Below, piece after piece: positions 1 to 12,825 of a stretch of 64,000 nucleotides of DNA; positions within the stretch are counted from its first letter, which is position 1, and each line of letters opens with the position of its first letter. The notes below the pieces were generated by a model. It was not told the DNA's origin, ran no database searches, and saw nothing but the letters and a program-made list of their open reading frames with translations. Position numbers and translations under genes: made by a program. Origin of the DNA: Callorhinchus milii (taxonomy: Eukaryota); NCBI RefSeq assembly GCF_018977255.1, contig NW_024704742.1:51834001-51898000 (forward strand). The letters run 5' to 3'.

Positions 1-229
1 ACACACTGTCCGCAACCCATTGTAATTGTAGGTAGACAGCAAAGTTTAGGAACACATCCTAAGATGAGATATCCTCTCGAAGTGAAGGGAGCTATATATA
101 TGTACATTGTATTATAAATCGCCTCCCTGGGTCAACTAATGATATTGAGGGGTTACCAGAAATTGATGGCTCTTCATGAAGAGAATGGACATAATTATCA
201 TCAATTATAACTACCAAAAATTACAAAAC

Positions 230-477
230 ACTGAAACAAATCTGAAAACAAAAACAGAAGTCACTGGGAACACTCAGCAGGTCAGGCAGCATCTATGGAG
301 AAAGGAAAGTGAGTCAACGTTTCATTAGAAGGGACCCGTGAACCTGAAACGTTGACTCACTTTCCTTTCTCCATAGATGCTGCCTGACCTGCTCAGTGTT
401 CCCAACGACTTCTGTTTTTGTTTTCAGATTTCCAGCATCTTCAGTATTTTGTGTTCTGTTTTACTGAAACAAATCTG
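230..477. mobile_element. Palindromic insertion, probably a Penelope-like element terminal fragment, with 15-bp direct repeats
   Basis: Inverted arms 238-324 and 345-431 with 3 mismatches. ACTGAAACAAATCTG occurs at 230-244 and 463-477. The motif GATGCTGCCTGACCTGCT resembles a common shark repeat from memory. Confidence 0.65.
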
Positions 478-1939
478 TTATTTATGCTAATTCTATGAAA
501 CAATGGAAAATAGTTAAGGTTAGTGCAAAGTTACTACCTACAGATGAGACTAACTCCAAAATGAAGAGTTACATATTTAATCAGTTGAGAACTGAAGAAC
601 ATTTGCTTTTTACAATTGTTATTTCTCAGCTATAAATATGTTCTTTACTTTTAAATTTGATATATTATCCACAAAAGGTTTTCAAATAAGTTCCTTTGCA
701 GCAGTTAATACATTGTTAATACACTGAATTAAGTTATGTTTCTATTACAGTATTACAGTTTAAACTTCACAAGATAAGGAAATATGATGCAAAAGAATGA
801 ATTATAAACAGTACAAATTCTGTAGTGCATCACAGATTAGATACAATTCCGGTAAACATGGTCTTTACAGGAATAAACAATCTAATTATCTGGGGTAAAT
901 TAGCACAATTATCCAGGAAACAAACACTTAAGGAGGAAATAATGTTTAGAGGTAAAATGGAAAAATCTATACTACATATTGACGGTTCAGTGAGAGGCAT
1001 TTTCAGTTAATCTGCAACTTCTTTTATAACGTTTAAAAACAATCACTTCACTTGCAAAATGCATTTAGAATAATTAAAAACTTAAATCTTTTTGGTTGTA
1101 CCAAATTTAGATGCAACCTTTTCCTTTCAAAAATGCTCAAATTATTCCTTTTATCGAAGAGATGTAATCTTACAAGACTAGGAAACTTTCGATGTAAAAC
1201 TATTGAAATAAAACAGATATTTTAAAATGTATTTATGATGGGCATACGGTAAGATTCTGGGATATTTAGTCACTTACCTATAAATTACTAATTTACTTTG
1301 CTATTATAGTCCCAAACCTACTATGCCTCATTTGAATGGTTATTCATTATTCTCATGGGAATGTTTGGCCCGTATGCCTGGACAGGAAAGGGTAAATCAC
1401 AAGAGAAAACTCATTATTTTAAAAACTGTCCCATAACTCTCCCACTTAAGCTACACAAGGGAATACCCCTCAGTAGTAGGTACTAATTGGTCGTTCATAA
1501 GACGTTTAAAAAAACAACACTGGAATCTCAACTCACACTTGGCAATTATTTTCGACTATTTAATAACAAAAGCAGAACTAATCATTTCTTGAGATGCACC
1601 CAATTTCTATCATACTCCCGATGCGTTTTATCCTGCTGTAGTATTCATTAGAAATTGTACAGGTTCTTAACTCCCATTTTCATTCCAGCACTAATAATGT
1701 GGGTTTCTCCCTTCTCAATCTTATAAAATAGAGATGCAATTAGTTATTTTGATTTGTGTCTTGCCAGGACTTAAGTGCATTGCCTTATACAGTGCAATCC
1801 GGTTGAAATGTAGGCGTTGAGATCCATAAGACCTCAATCCGCTATAATTAGGTGAGCAGGTTGGTGCTAAAAAAGGCAGAGAATGCGATCTGGCTGCTGA
1901 CATCACTTCCTGCGTACTGCAGGAAATGACAATAACAGT

Positions 1940-2150
1940 GATTTTACTGTGTAGTGACGGCATTTGTTGTGAAATATTGCAGCCAATTTGTGTAGAGCAA
2001 TGTCCCACAAACAGCCATGAAGTGAATAACCAATTTTATCTGGAGGATTGTCAGCCAGGACACCACTCCCTTCTCTTTTCGAACAGTGCCTGGACTGAGC
2101 TTGGTTGCGATACCTGCAAACCTTCAGGGTTTTAGGATCACCTAAAGTAT
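1940..2150 (-). mobile_element. DeuSINE (SacSINE1/AmnSINE1-like) 3' fragment
   Basis: GCAGCCAATTTG...GCAATGTCCCACAAACAGCCATGAAGTGAA...GGACACC...CCCTTCTCTTTTCGAA, shared with the copies at 10584 and 33088. Confidence 0.65.
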
Positions 2151-2689
2151 GCCTCTTGAATGAGTTATCAGTGGGAACCATATATCAGTGAAAGATATAT
2201 GTTGAAGAAAGTTTAAATCTCCACAGAACTGTTTTCAGAAGCAGAAGAAGGGGGCGGAAAAAATTGGAGAAGAAAAAAAAGTTTATGTGGAAGGAAATTT
2301 TAAGCTTTAAACCACTCCCTCCTGTAAATACTGTTCCATTTAAACACGACAAAGGAGGTTATTACAGATCAACAACCTGCTGTTCTCTTTTTCACTCACT
2401 TAGGCTGTTACACAAATATAGCAGTTAGAATACGTATTACTGTATCTGGTTGGGCCTCAGGGTAAGAATGAGAGATCAATTTAAATCTGATTCATCCCAT
2501 GAAAGTGGCTACTTCTTTGATGTGGTCACTTTGATCTTTTTATTATATTATTTTGAAACTAATGTTGCTTAAGTGTACTTCTGTGGATTTTTAAACTTTC
2601 TTCACCATTAAAAAAAANGTTCCTCAACCAAAAATATTTATTCCTGCTTTGGAAATATATATTAATGGAATAATGTACTTCTAAGGCTA

Positions 2690-3120
2690 ACCTGACCCCG
2701 AACTCTTGCCACCTAAATCCTCAACCGCATCAACCTTCAACTGCCCATCAGTTTCCAAGCAAATTGATTTCAACATCTTCACTCCTTAAATCCCTTCAAG
2801 CCCTAGAATCCCCTGATCTTCTCCTACTCCACTTCTCGGCTTGCCCATTCTGCTCAGCAATCTTACAGACTTTCAGTGCAAACCCACCCATTTCTATGCC
2901 ACTTGGCTTTCAGAATCACCTAGCTTTCAGAATCTATACCCCTAACTTCTGGAACTCCCTCCCTCTTACCCCTCCCATGGTTAAATGTTGATCACCCACC
3001 TTAAAAACTTCTCCCTACCTATGGTCACCTATACTGCTCAGCATCCAACTTCAAATTGGTAAAACTCTACAAGACGTTACCCTTTGTGAAGGGTGCTACA
3101 TGAATGCAAGTTATTGATGT
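2690..3120 (+). mobile_element. Decayed L2 LINE 3' fragment
   Basis: Degenerate ...FWNSLP... coding remnant and the tail GGGTGCTACATGAATGCAAGTTATTG. Confidence 0.55.
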
Positions 3121-5639
3121 GGTTTATCCTTTTTTTATTTTTCTGAAAAATACAAATATTTCTAAATTGTAAAAAGTTTGATATTTATTGATAATGATCA
3201 AGATATTGCTTTTTTTCAAATTAAATATGGGGGCCTATTCTCAAGGAAAAGATAATTCCTCACAGGAAGTATAAAGATTGCTCAATAACATTTGGACCAA
3301 GTTTTTTTTTCTCTGATGTAATAATCCTTGCCTTTAATATAGCAACTTATCATTGTCAAAAAAATCTCATAGGGCTTCACAGGATTTCACTGTGAAGTGA
3401 AATGACTATGTATTTGTAGGTGAATTAAGCAACTTGACAACAAAGGTGCACTTGTATAGAAACAGTATCCAACAATCTCTGTATTTTCTGTTTCTGTAGC
3501 CTTTAGCCACAAATTCTAGGTTGAAGACCTACATTGGCCTTAAGGGACATCTCTTACAATCAAAGTACCCTGTGAAGGAAGCTCGTTGAAAATCTGCAGC
3601 CAATAAACATTTGGGGGAATCTCTCCAAGTCATGTATGACAAACATTAACTATAAACACGTGTGCGCAGGTTGTGGAAACAGCATTCCCAACAGCTGCAG
3701 CTTTACTTTACTGCTGGCACCTTTGATTGCATACTATTTGCCACCAGGAAGGGTCAATAATCAAGTGCCTCTCTTACCTTACACTGACACTTGTACATAT
3801 AAACCTGACTTCAATTATATTAAATTACACTGCTGCACTCAGCTTCAACCACTTATCCCTGGTGCATTGTGCAATTGTCAGGCGTGCCAACTTTGAAAAT
3901 CCCGTTTCAGACACACTGCCAAAGCAGTCATTCTTTCTGTAACCACTATTGAAAAAGCTCCAGGTCATAAATGGGTAAAGATATCTCTGTCTCCCTTTCT
4001 GCATTATTTTCCACTGAGTTTGCCTCTGCCAAAAAGCAAACTGTAGTTTTGAGCAGTAATGCTTTATCATGATTGACTCCATCAGAATGAAACATCACTG
4101 GTTTGAGAGAAGAACAGTTAACAACTATCCTAGAAGTATAAGACTTGGAAACTCTTTACTTAACATCATAAAAAAAGGCTGTTTTCAAAACAATGTTTAT
4201 ATTTTCAAATACTGACATTACAGTAAAAAGCTATTTGCTTTGAGTGAAATAAAAGTGAAAATCGCTTGTTTACAGATAACAACCTAATTGTGAAAATCAA
4301 TCAGCATTGTGCTCTTCCCCCTCCTACTGACATGCATTGTATTAGGAGCTGTTATTTCTGCATAGTAGCAGCATGAAGCTCATTGTGTAATGTTGTTCTT
4401 GTGTTTTTATTCGTACTCAGTGAAAAGGAGTTTACAAAATGGGCAGGAGATTCACTAAATAATCTGCAAACACGACAAAACAATCTGCAGTAAGAATGAG
4501 CCCTCCAGGCTGGTACTCCACGATGTGAAATGCTGTTCAATGAATACTGAAAGAGACTTGGAATGAATTAAAAAGGCAATGAAAAAACACAAATGTCAGC
4601 AGTGGGCTCTCCATCTGATGACAGGTGGACAAAAAGCTGGTAACTGATGGGATTAACCTTTGCCCTCAAATCCTTGTTTTTTAGTGAAAATGCAGCCTGA
4701 GGAAGAAAAGGGTTTATTGAGGCAGACCACAGCTACCTGCTGTAAGAGAAAAGGCAACATGATCAGCAGCTCCTTCCCACAGTGAAAAGATGTGAACAAT
4801 CAATAACTGAAAAGATAATTTTTTAAAGATATATATGTTGTTGAAACATCTTGAAGTGCTTCACAGAATTATGTGCAGAGACTTTTTTTTGTAAGCAAAT
4901 GCAGCAGCCAATATGTGTACAGACACCGGGAGAAACTCACTTCCACTTTATGTTAGTCTGCAAAACCATTTTGTTTCAAAATTTAAGATTCCATACAATT
5001 GTACAAAATTCTTCAATTTAGATTTAGTTTGGAAGCCGGATTTCTACAGTTCTTAAAAAGTAATGGCTTCCAAATTAGGATTGAATTTAAGAATTTTCCA
5101 TAATTCTGCACGATCTTATATTTTAAGGCACTCAGGTCTTAAAGACTAAAACTAGGTGAAATTTCTGCCATAGATGTCAAATTCAAAGCACCTAATATGT
5201 GCTTCCAGGCAACATCTAATCAGTAGATTAAAAGGGAATGGCAGTAAGATTTATAATTCTGAAAATTTATGGTTACACATAACTGTAAACGTTTCTAAAA
5301 AAAATGCTATCTTATTGAGCCCATTATTTAACTGTTGATCACTGTCCTTGATATGTTTTGCTTGAGCCTTTTGGTCTTTTATACATTACTGTTTCTAATG
5401 TAATTTCGTTCCTATTAATGTTTTGCCCCCAGTTAGTGAGTCACCTTTCTCATCTGCCTGCTTTCTTTGGGAGAGTTGCACCAATGGAAATCTTTGTTAA
5501 CAGTTTCAATCTTTGGATGGCTTCAAAAACAACCTCTGTGCCTTATGAAAATGCTGCTGTGGAGCCTAATCAGTAAATCTAGGTTTCCTTGTTGTGATTT
5601 CATTGTATGAGTGGACCTTCCCATGCAGTTTAAACTCAC

Positions 5640-5889
5640 CTATTATTTCTTGAAGCAGTTGAGATAAACTTGGTTCATCGTTCATAGCCTGCACCAAGGC
5701 CTTCTTCACCTCGCTCTCTACTTTATCCAGCATGCTGTTGGACTTGAGCTCTCCAATTACAGAGTAGATGTAAACCAACAGAACCAGTATATCTTCAGGG
5801 CTGTAGTCAACATCACTTCTATCTCCATGGGATTTGATTTTAGGCAGTAGCTGGCTCAAAACTCGAGGCAAGTCGCGATCCCCAAGGGT
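5640..5889 (-). CDS. SCFD2: SCFD2 internal coding exon (equivalent to human exon 5), 250 nt, phase 0 to 1
   Basis: Translates TLGDRDLPRVLSQLLPKIKSHGDRSDVDYSPEDILVLLVYIYSVIGE...VKKALVQAMNDEPSLSQLLQEII. Acceptor ttttgtttctcAG at 5891-5890 and donor GTgagt at 5639-5634. Confidence 0.93.
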
Positions 5890-7103
5890 CTGAGAAACAA
5901 AACAAGTTGAGAAGTTTTCAACTTTCCTAATGGATTGTAATAAGCAAATTAAAATATTCTTGAAGTTGGATCAACATTAATCTTCAATAAAAGTTCCCGC
6001 AATAATTCAAACCACTGATACGTTTAAAAAAATTCTTAAACATATTAACGCAATACTGGATCTGGATAACAGCTGTGAAGAGCAGTGAATCATAACTGTG
6101 TAAATTACAATTGAAAAACAAGAAAATGTATAAACAAGTTACTCCAGTATAGGTTATCAGGTTTGAATGGTGTTTCAATGTGCTTTTTCGGACATCTTTC
6201 CTCTCCTCATCCCCCTCAGCTTCCACCCCAGCTCGGGAGGCTACCCAGCAGTGTTAAGTACTTTAAGGCACTCCCCGCCGTCCCGCCCACCCCACCCCAA
6301 CATGAAAACAGTAATATAAATGTAAATTATATTGTAAACATGTTCAGGACAAGGACAAAGGACAATATACAATTCACATTATAGTGACAAATATTACCAG
6401 GAGTGCAAATCCTAACATGACAAAACAAACCTCCATAATTAAAGTTTAGGCTTGTCATTTTGAATATGTGGAATGAGCTCTGGCTGCTGTTTAACTGTTT
6501 TCACAACCCTTTTACAAGTCTATTGTGGCTCTATTCTGATATATTATTCTTAATTGCATAAGGTTTTCCTCCTCCTCTTCCTCCTGAATGCTTGCCACAA
6601 ATGTTTTTTTATTTAAAAAAAAGCACTTGACCTACTGTTTGAAAGGAAACACAGCACTATAAAATTAAGTAAGTTTCCATTGTAACTGGTCTCCCTTTTA
6701 TGTGCTCAGCACTGCTAATGCAATGAGGTTGGCAATTAGGATGCCAGTGTAAAAGGAACTTCACGTTTACACAACTTTGATTCACAGATGAAAGTTACTT
6801 TACAAACAAGGTACATTAAAAATATTTTCATCTAGACTGTAACAAACATAAATTGACATTTGAAAATCAAGAATTTGATATATTAAATAAACATCTGCCA
6901 ATCTAAGATTGGCAAAGTCAATAAAAAATTCTACAGGAAAAATACACAAATAAGTTTCCTACTGCAACTCACTTAAAGCTTAAGGAATCACCAGTATCCA
7001 GCCTGTTACTTTTACTCGCTGAATTCTTTACTCCATAAAGATGTGATCTCCTAGCTTTCAGCTTGGCAAAGTTTTGGTGAAAATAACGTTGTTAGGCAGA
7101 TCC

Positions 7104-7797
7104 TAACAACAACAACAAGATTACATTTATATAGCGCCTTTCACGTCGGGAGAATGTCCCAAGGCGCTGGACAGTGTACAGCATTTCAGACCCAAGCTGG
7201 GGTCAGGTAGGGGAAGGGAGGTGAAGGGGGGTGGCCGATGGCATGGTCGAAGAGGAGGGTCTTGAGGCAGGACTTGAAGGAGGCTAAGGAGGGGTTGAGG
7301 CGGAGTGACTGTGGGATGGAATTCCAGAGGTTGGGGGCAGAATGGCTGAAGGCTCTCCCGCCAAGGTGGGGTGGGTGGGTTGGGGGACGTGGAGCAGGCC
7401 AGAGCCGGCTGAGCGGAGGGAGCGGGCGGGTTGGTAGGGGGTTAGGAGGTCGCAGATGTAGGGTGGGGTGAGGCCATGGAGGGCTTTGTAGATGAGGACC
7501 AGGATCTTGAACTGGATTCTCTGAAGGATAGGGAGCCAGTAGAGTCGGGTGAGAGTGAGGGAGATGGGGTCACGGAGTTTGGTGCGGGAGAGGACACGGG
7601 CTGCAGAGTTCTGGATTATCTGCAGCCTGTGGAGGGAGGAGTTGGGAAGGCTGACAAGCAGGGCACTTGCATAGTCGAGCCTGGAGGTAATGAAGGCATG
7701 AACAAGAGTTTCAGCGGCCTGAGGGGTGAGGTAGTGGCGGAGTCAGGTGATGTTACGGAGGTGAGAGAAGGCAGAGCAGGTCATGGCTTGAATGTGT
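7104..7797 (-). mobile_element. L2 LINE 3' fragment (tail type A)
   Basis: (CAA)n tail, GCGCCTTTCACGTCGGGAGAATGTCCCAAGGCGCTGG, and antisense ORF2 C-terminal remnant homologous to 49750-50433. Confidence 0.88.
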
Positions 7798-8639
7798 AAT
7801 AAGTTACAAACTGGCATTGATTTTGATGTTGAACTTTTACAGGGAATGTTATTTATAAAAGCATAGCGACATGGGCACTAAATGAAATTTACTAATCACA
7901 AAACCATTAAGCTTCACAGTAGCTGAAATCCACTATATTTTTTTTCCAGTTGCCTTGCATTCCTTTGACCCTCCAGTCAGATTGCAGCAGTTTGGAAGAC
8001 ATCATAGCTCCCTGGGAGTATATCTCAAGGTCAGCAGCTACACTAACCAGTATCCTGTCATTGCCTGAAACGTGCCTTTTGCTTTGAAAAGAGATTCTGC
8101 AATTATGGTCTATGTTTACACGGAATTGCTCTGGAGTCATTTTAACATTAAACAAGTCTTTAGGCCATATGTCAATCCCAATCTAGTCATGGTCATAGTC
8201 AGAAGTCAAAGAATTCTAGTTTCAGCAGAATGGATTTACGTATCTTTAATAATATTACATACATATACAACATATATACTTTAATTTGTTGGGCACACAA
8301 TTTCAGTCTCTGAATATGTGGGTTCCTGAGGTTGTCAAGGAAGTACTGTAACTCTCCACAAGGTGTAAAAGTAAAAGTTTAAGCAGCACCATTAACAATT
8401 GCTGATAGTTTGTCCCAAAGGCTTTGTCAGCAAATCATAGAAATTTAAACACAGGAGAAGCCTTTGTGTTAGTATGGTTTATAGACAAGAGTGGCTCAGG
8501 ATTGCTCAATCCGCAATGAGTATGAAATAATTCACCCTACGAGTTGAAAGTCTGTGTTTTTTGAAAACAAAACAAATTGTATTTTATCAATTCTGAAAGT
8601 TGTCTTATTTTCCCTTTTCATTGAATTCTGCATTGCTTA

Positions 8640-8830
8640 CAATACCCTGATCTGTGCTGAGTATTTCAGTTGGGGAAGCAGCAAGGGCAATTATTGGCCT
8701 CTAAAACCATGGGCCAGACTTCCCACTCCTGACCTCAATCCAGTGTCCCTGTTGAAAACTGCACCTGCGTGTACACAAGTGAGTACAGGATACAACTCGA
8801 CTTTGTTGCCCTCTCTCACTACAGCCAAAA
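8640..8830 (+). mobile_element. Old SINE fragment (AmnSINE2-like, tentative)
   Basis: TCTGTGCTGAGT...ATTGGCCTC...CCCACTCCTGACC...ATCCAGTG. Related degenerate segments at about 29945-30170 (+), 32390-32530 (-) and 14990-15120 (-). The name is from memory. Confidence 0.4.
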
Positions 8831-9371
8831 TATCTACTCAATCTCCAGTGTCAAAGTTAAATACGTTCAGAATCAGAATACTGCCAGTGGATGTGGAGTC
8901 ACAGTCCAGCAACTCTAGGACAGCAACTGAGAAAACAAATAAAATATTTCTGAGCCAAGTCAGTGTTATTTTTTTAAAAATGATGCAATGAAAAACAAAA
9001 AGCAGTTATATCTGCTCAATAATGCAAAGGAAACGTTTTAAGAGCAACACACAATGATTATTGAATAAATTACAACATAAAGGAAATGTAAGAGTCGATA
9101 AACAAACCAGAAAAGCAGCAGTTCTGTTAGATTAGAAATGTTTATGATACTGTATTTGCCAGTGCCAGAAAGGCCATTTTTGAGATCACTTTTCTAGGGT
9201 TGCAGATGAATCTTCTTCAGTAGGAAAACAATGTTAGCGCTTAATTCATGAAGTTTTATTTATTAGCCCCCAGCCCTCCAAACAAACCTCTGTCTCCTCT
9301 TGTACCTATTGAAAGGCAGCTTCCCTGATTGTCCTATGAAAATAATTTATAGTAAGTATGACATTCATACT

Positions 9372-9480
9372 TAATAACTCTTGCATTTGATATAGAGCCT
9401 TATCACGATATTGAGACATCTCAAAGCGCTTCACAGAATATACTGAAAAGTGGATTAACTGTATTTTATGGGCGAAATGC
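9372..9480 (-). mobile_element. tRNA-SINE 3' tail fragment
   Basis: CTTGCATTTGATATAGAGCCTTATCACG...GAGACATCTCAAAGCGCTTCACAGAATATACTG matches the tail of the 24584 and 36926 copies. Confidence 0.75.
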
Positions 9481-10583
9481 GATTTCTATCAGATTTCCCA
9501 AAAGAAAAGGCTGCACTTTCACTTTGACACAGAGGGGTCTGCACAGATGTGTCTGGTTAAAAGTACTTGGAATAAACAATAAGAAGTGGAAGGAAAATAT
9601 TTTTTCTGGAATTGGACCCAATTGAGAAGCCACACATCGTTCAACACATTTGGGATACAGAACGTCAGCAACAAATAGTTTGTTGTTGTTCTCCACTTCC
9701 AGGAATTTCAGAGCATTTTCTGTAAACTGAGGGGGGGGAAGAGACTTCAAAATTATGTTAATATATTATTTATCAATCAGACTCAAGTCTTACTTTGGTA
9801 ATTTCTGTGTTCTGAGACACTGGGGAAGCACTCAAAGATGCTGCCCCACATAAAGGTTGATACAAATGCAAATTGTTGCTGTTCTGTCATTTAAAAGAAA
9901 TCTACGATTGAGCAGGAAAATATAACAACAATGTTTTTTTATTCAAGAGGAGGATTATATCCTGTTCAAAAGTATAGAAAACCAAAGTTTAGACAAATCA
10001 AATTGATTTATGAATATTTTAAACAAAACCATAAAAGTGCCAGCTTGTTTATAGTGGAAATAATTAAAAGATATTCTTTGGTACACTGTGAAACGTGGTT
10101 ATTTTCCTGGGTTCCGTTCACTCTTGCTAATCTTGGTTAAGAACAATTAGCTCTGAGCTGCTTCACAGTAGCTACATGTTATCAATGTAAATTTAAAACC
10201 TTTCATTGTTTTTTGATATATATTTATCAGCATAAATGATTTTCAAATAGTTTTCTTTGCTTTCAAAACATAAGTCATGATTTTTTTCCCAAAGTTTGGC
10301 AAGAAAGTTTCAAGAGTACAAACTCTTGGCTTGTTTATATTATTGTTGGAAAGAAAGCACCTTCCTCTGACAATGAGGGAAGTCCAAGCACAGAAGCTGT
10401 TTAACAGGCTGCTTAATTTCTACCTTATTTAACGTAGATTATTGATTAAATTGGATTTAAATTCTGCTTTAAAGAATTCTATGACTTATACATGACTTAT
10501 ACAGTTTGTCTTCAACTCAAACTCTGCACGAGTCATATTAAATGTTACGTTCCCGACTGATACGCCTTATGTGAGTTTTACTG

Positions 10584-10968
10584 TAGCGCCCTATTATGTT
10601 ATCGAAACATCTTGAAATGCTTCAAAATGTTTTAAGGTAAAATACATGAGTGTGCAGTCAGTTTGTGCACAGCAATGACAGCCATGAAGTGAATTACCAA
10701 TTTTAACTAAGCGATTGTTGACCACGACACTGGTTGAATCTCCCTTCTCTTTTCGAAAAGTGCCATATGATCTTTAAGATTCACATGAACAGGAAGACAG
10801 GACTTCGGTTTAACAACTCAACTGAAGGACATTCCTTCCAACGATGAAGCACTTCCACAGCATTGGATGTGAGTATCAGCCTAGATGATGATCTGAATGT
10901 CCAACATGAGACTTGAACCCATAACCTTCTGACTTAGAGGCGAGAGTGCTACCAACTGAGTCAGGCTG
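10584..10968 (-). mobile_element. Near full-length DeuSINE (SacSINE1-like)
   Basis: Reverse-strand tRNA-like head (CTCAGTTGGTAGCACTCTCGCCTCTAAGTCAGAAGGTTATGGGTTCAAGTC), Deu-like body and L2-like tail. Confidence 0.8.
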
Positions 10969-11829
10969 ACAAGTTAAATTTAGTTTAAAATTCAACAGGT
11001 ATTTCTTTCATGTGCTGTACAACATCATAGAATTATAAGCAATTGCTTCTACTAAAGGAACTGGCCAGTTTATTGTATTGGAATTCTTTAAAGCAGAATT
11101 TTTTCTCTGGATGGAGCCCGCAGAAAGGAAGCCAGGTTTTCCTTTTACTAAAGGTGCGAACTGTCAGAAACAAAGTGAAGGTTATGGTCGTCGCAGTGAC
11201 ACTGGATTTTAAACCACAACTTTCTGTAGGATATGCAGTTTTGTATTTTGGTGAAGAGTGCGAGTATGATTTGTACATCGGGAAGGGTGGAGTCAGCTCA
11301 GAGTACACTGCCAAGTAATGAAAAGAAAGCTTAGCAGTGCTACTGATGCACACGATTCCTGTACTATGTGTGGTTCCCTCATTATCACTGTTCAATTCAA
11401 TTGGGATAAAAAGGAAAAGCTTTCATTCGCAATCAAAACTAGAAATTCAGCTTGATTTCTGTTATAAAATCTCAATAATAACACTTGGAAGGTCTTAGCA
11501 AGCTATCATACTGATAACCTGTCTCATCTCTGCTTTTCCACATGATACACATTTGACTTTGTATATAGATCTACGTCAAGCAAACAAGGAAGATGCTTCA
11601 GCAGACAAAAAATAATTTTCTGCCATTAATGATTGACGTCTTGTAATTCTCTATAAAAAATTACCATGTGAAACAAGCACTGAAAAATAACACAAATTTA
11701 CATTTGTAAATCATACAAAGAATGGATGAATAAGTCTGAGTAATCTTAATTCTAAAACTAGAGTCTGTTGATAACAGAGTTACCATCTGCAGTTTCTTAC
11801 ATGGCACAATATTGATTTCAACTCCAACA

Positions 11830-11908
11830 TTGGGATTAAAGGATCTGCTAAAATCTAAAATTGGTGGAACAATCTCGATGAGTTGAATGGCCTACTCCTG
11901 TTCCTAAC
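11830..11908 (+). mobile_element. CR1 LINE 3' UTR fragment
   Basis: GGTGGAACAATCTCGATGAGTTGAATGGCCTACTCCTGTTCCTA matches the CR1 3' end at 46670-46720. Confidence 0.7.
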
Positions 11909-12825
11909 AAAGTGTTGATTTAAAAGCCAATTATTCAAAAACTTTTTTTAAAGTTTCTCATTCCAAATATATAAAACATTTACAGAGGTGCAGACTTGTA
12001 ACCTGTTGTTAGCTCCAGCCTCTCTTTATGATGAAGCCTGCACTGCCGGAATGCAAATTTACAGAATTAGAGAGGAGGGCAGAATTGTTACATAGGAAGA
12101 AACCCTGGGAATGTTGGGAACCCAGGCTGGACAAAGACAACCATCATTAACAAGTCAACGGTAATTGGTTTAAACATTCCTGCTGTAATGGACCATTACT
12201 AATTTACAATCCATCATCCATTCACAACTACTAGATCTGAACCTTAGGTGAAAAGTGTATGGTTGCCCCTGTACGACACTTCCTGTTGGCTGAAGCAATC
12301 ATAGAATGGATTTATTTCTCTACCATTAGGGGATTCAAATAAAAAAATGTCAGTTCCAGGTTGTTCAAACTCGCTATAAAATTTCATTTTGCTAAAGCCG
12401 GCGCCAAGTGAGGAAACAAGATGTTCAGCTAGATCCTTGGTTTCAAAAATAAGGATTAGTTACACTCATAAAAAGCATATCCTAGCTTCACATGACTAAG
12501 GAACAATGTGTTAGCTTCTTCTAGAAGAGGTATAGTGCTGGCTTCCTGTGACTCTGACAATGTTTCAATTGGAATTTTAATGTACTCCTCATAAGCTGCT
12601 GAAAACATTTGAGCAAAACCACAATTATATGAGCCGAACTTCCCAGTACATTAATTCTAATAACCACATTTTAGCTTTTGTTTGGCTCACTGGAGTCATG
12701 ACTCATATTTGTATTCAAGAGAAAAAAAACAGTATTACAGTATTTTGCTAGACATCTGCAGGTATATAAAAAAACTAGATACCTGTGGAGTAACGTTGAA
12801 AAACAGCTTGTCAAAAAAAGATTAT

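Noticed and set aside
1260..1400. Possible further SCFD2 exon ending at a GTAAGT-like donor near 1275
   Set aside because: The upstream sequence contains stops and shows no resemblance to SCFD2. The next exon appears to lie outside the window.
5566..5639. ORF extension GEFKLHGK...FTD* as an SCFD2 C-terminus
   Set aside because: It lies beyond a strong GTGAGT donor, so it is intron read-through.
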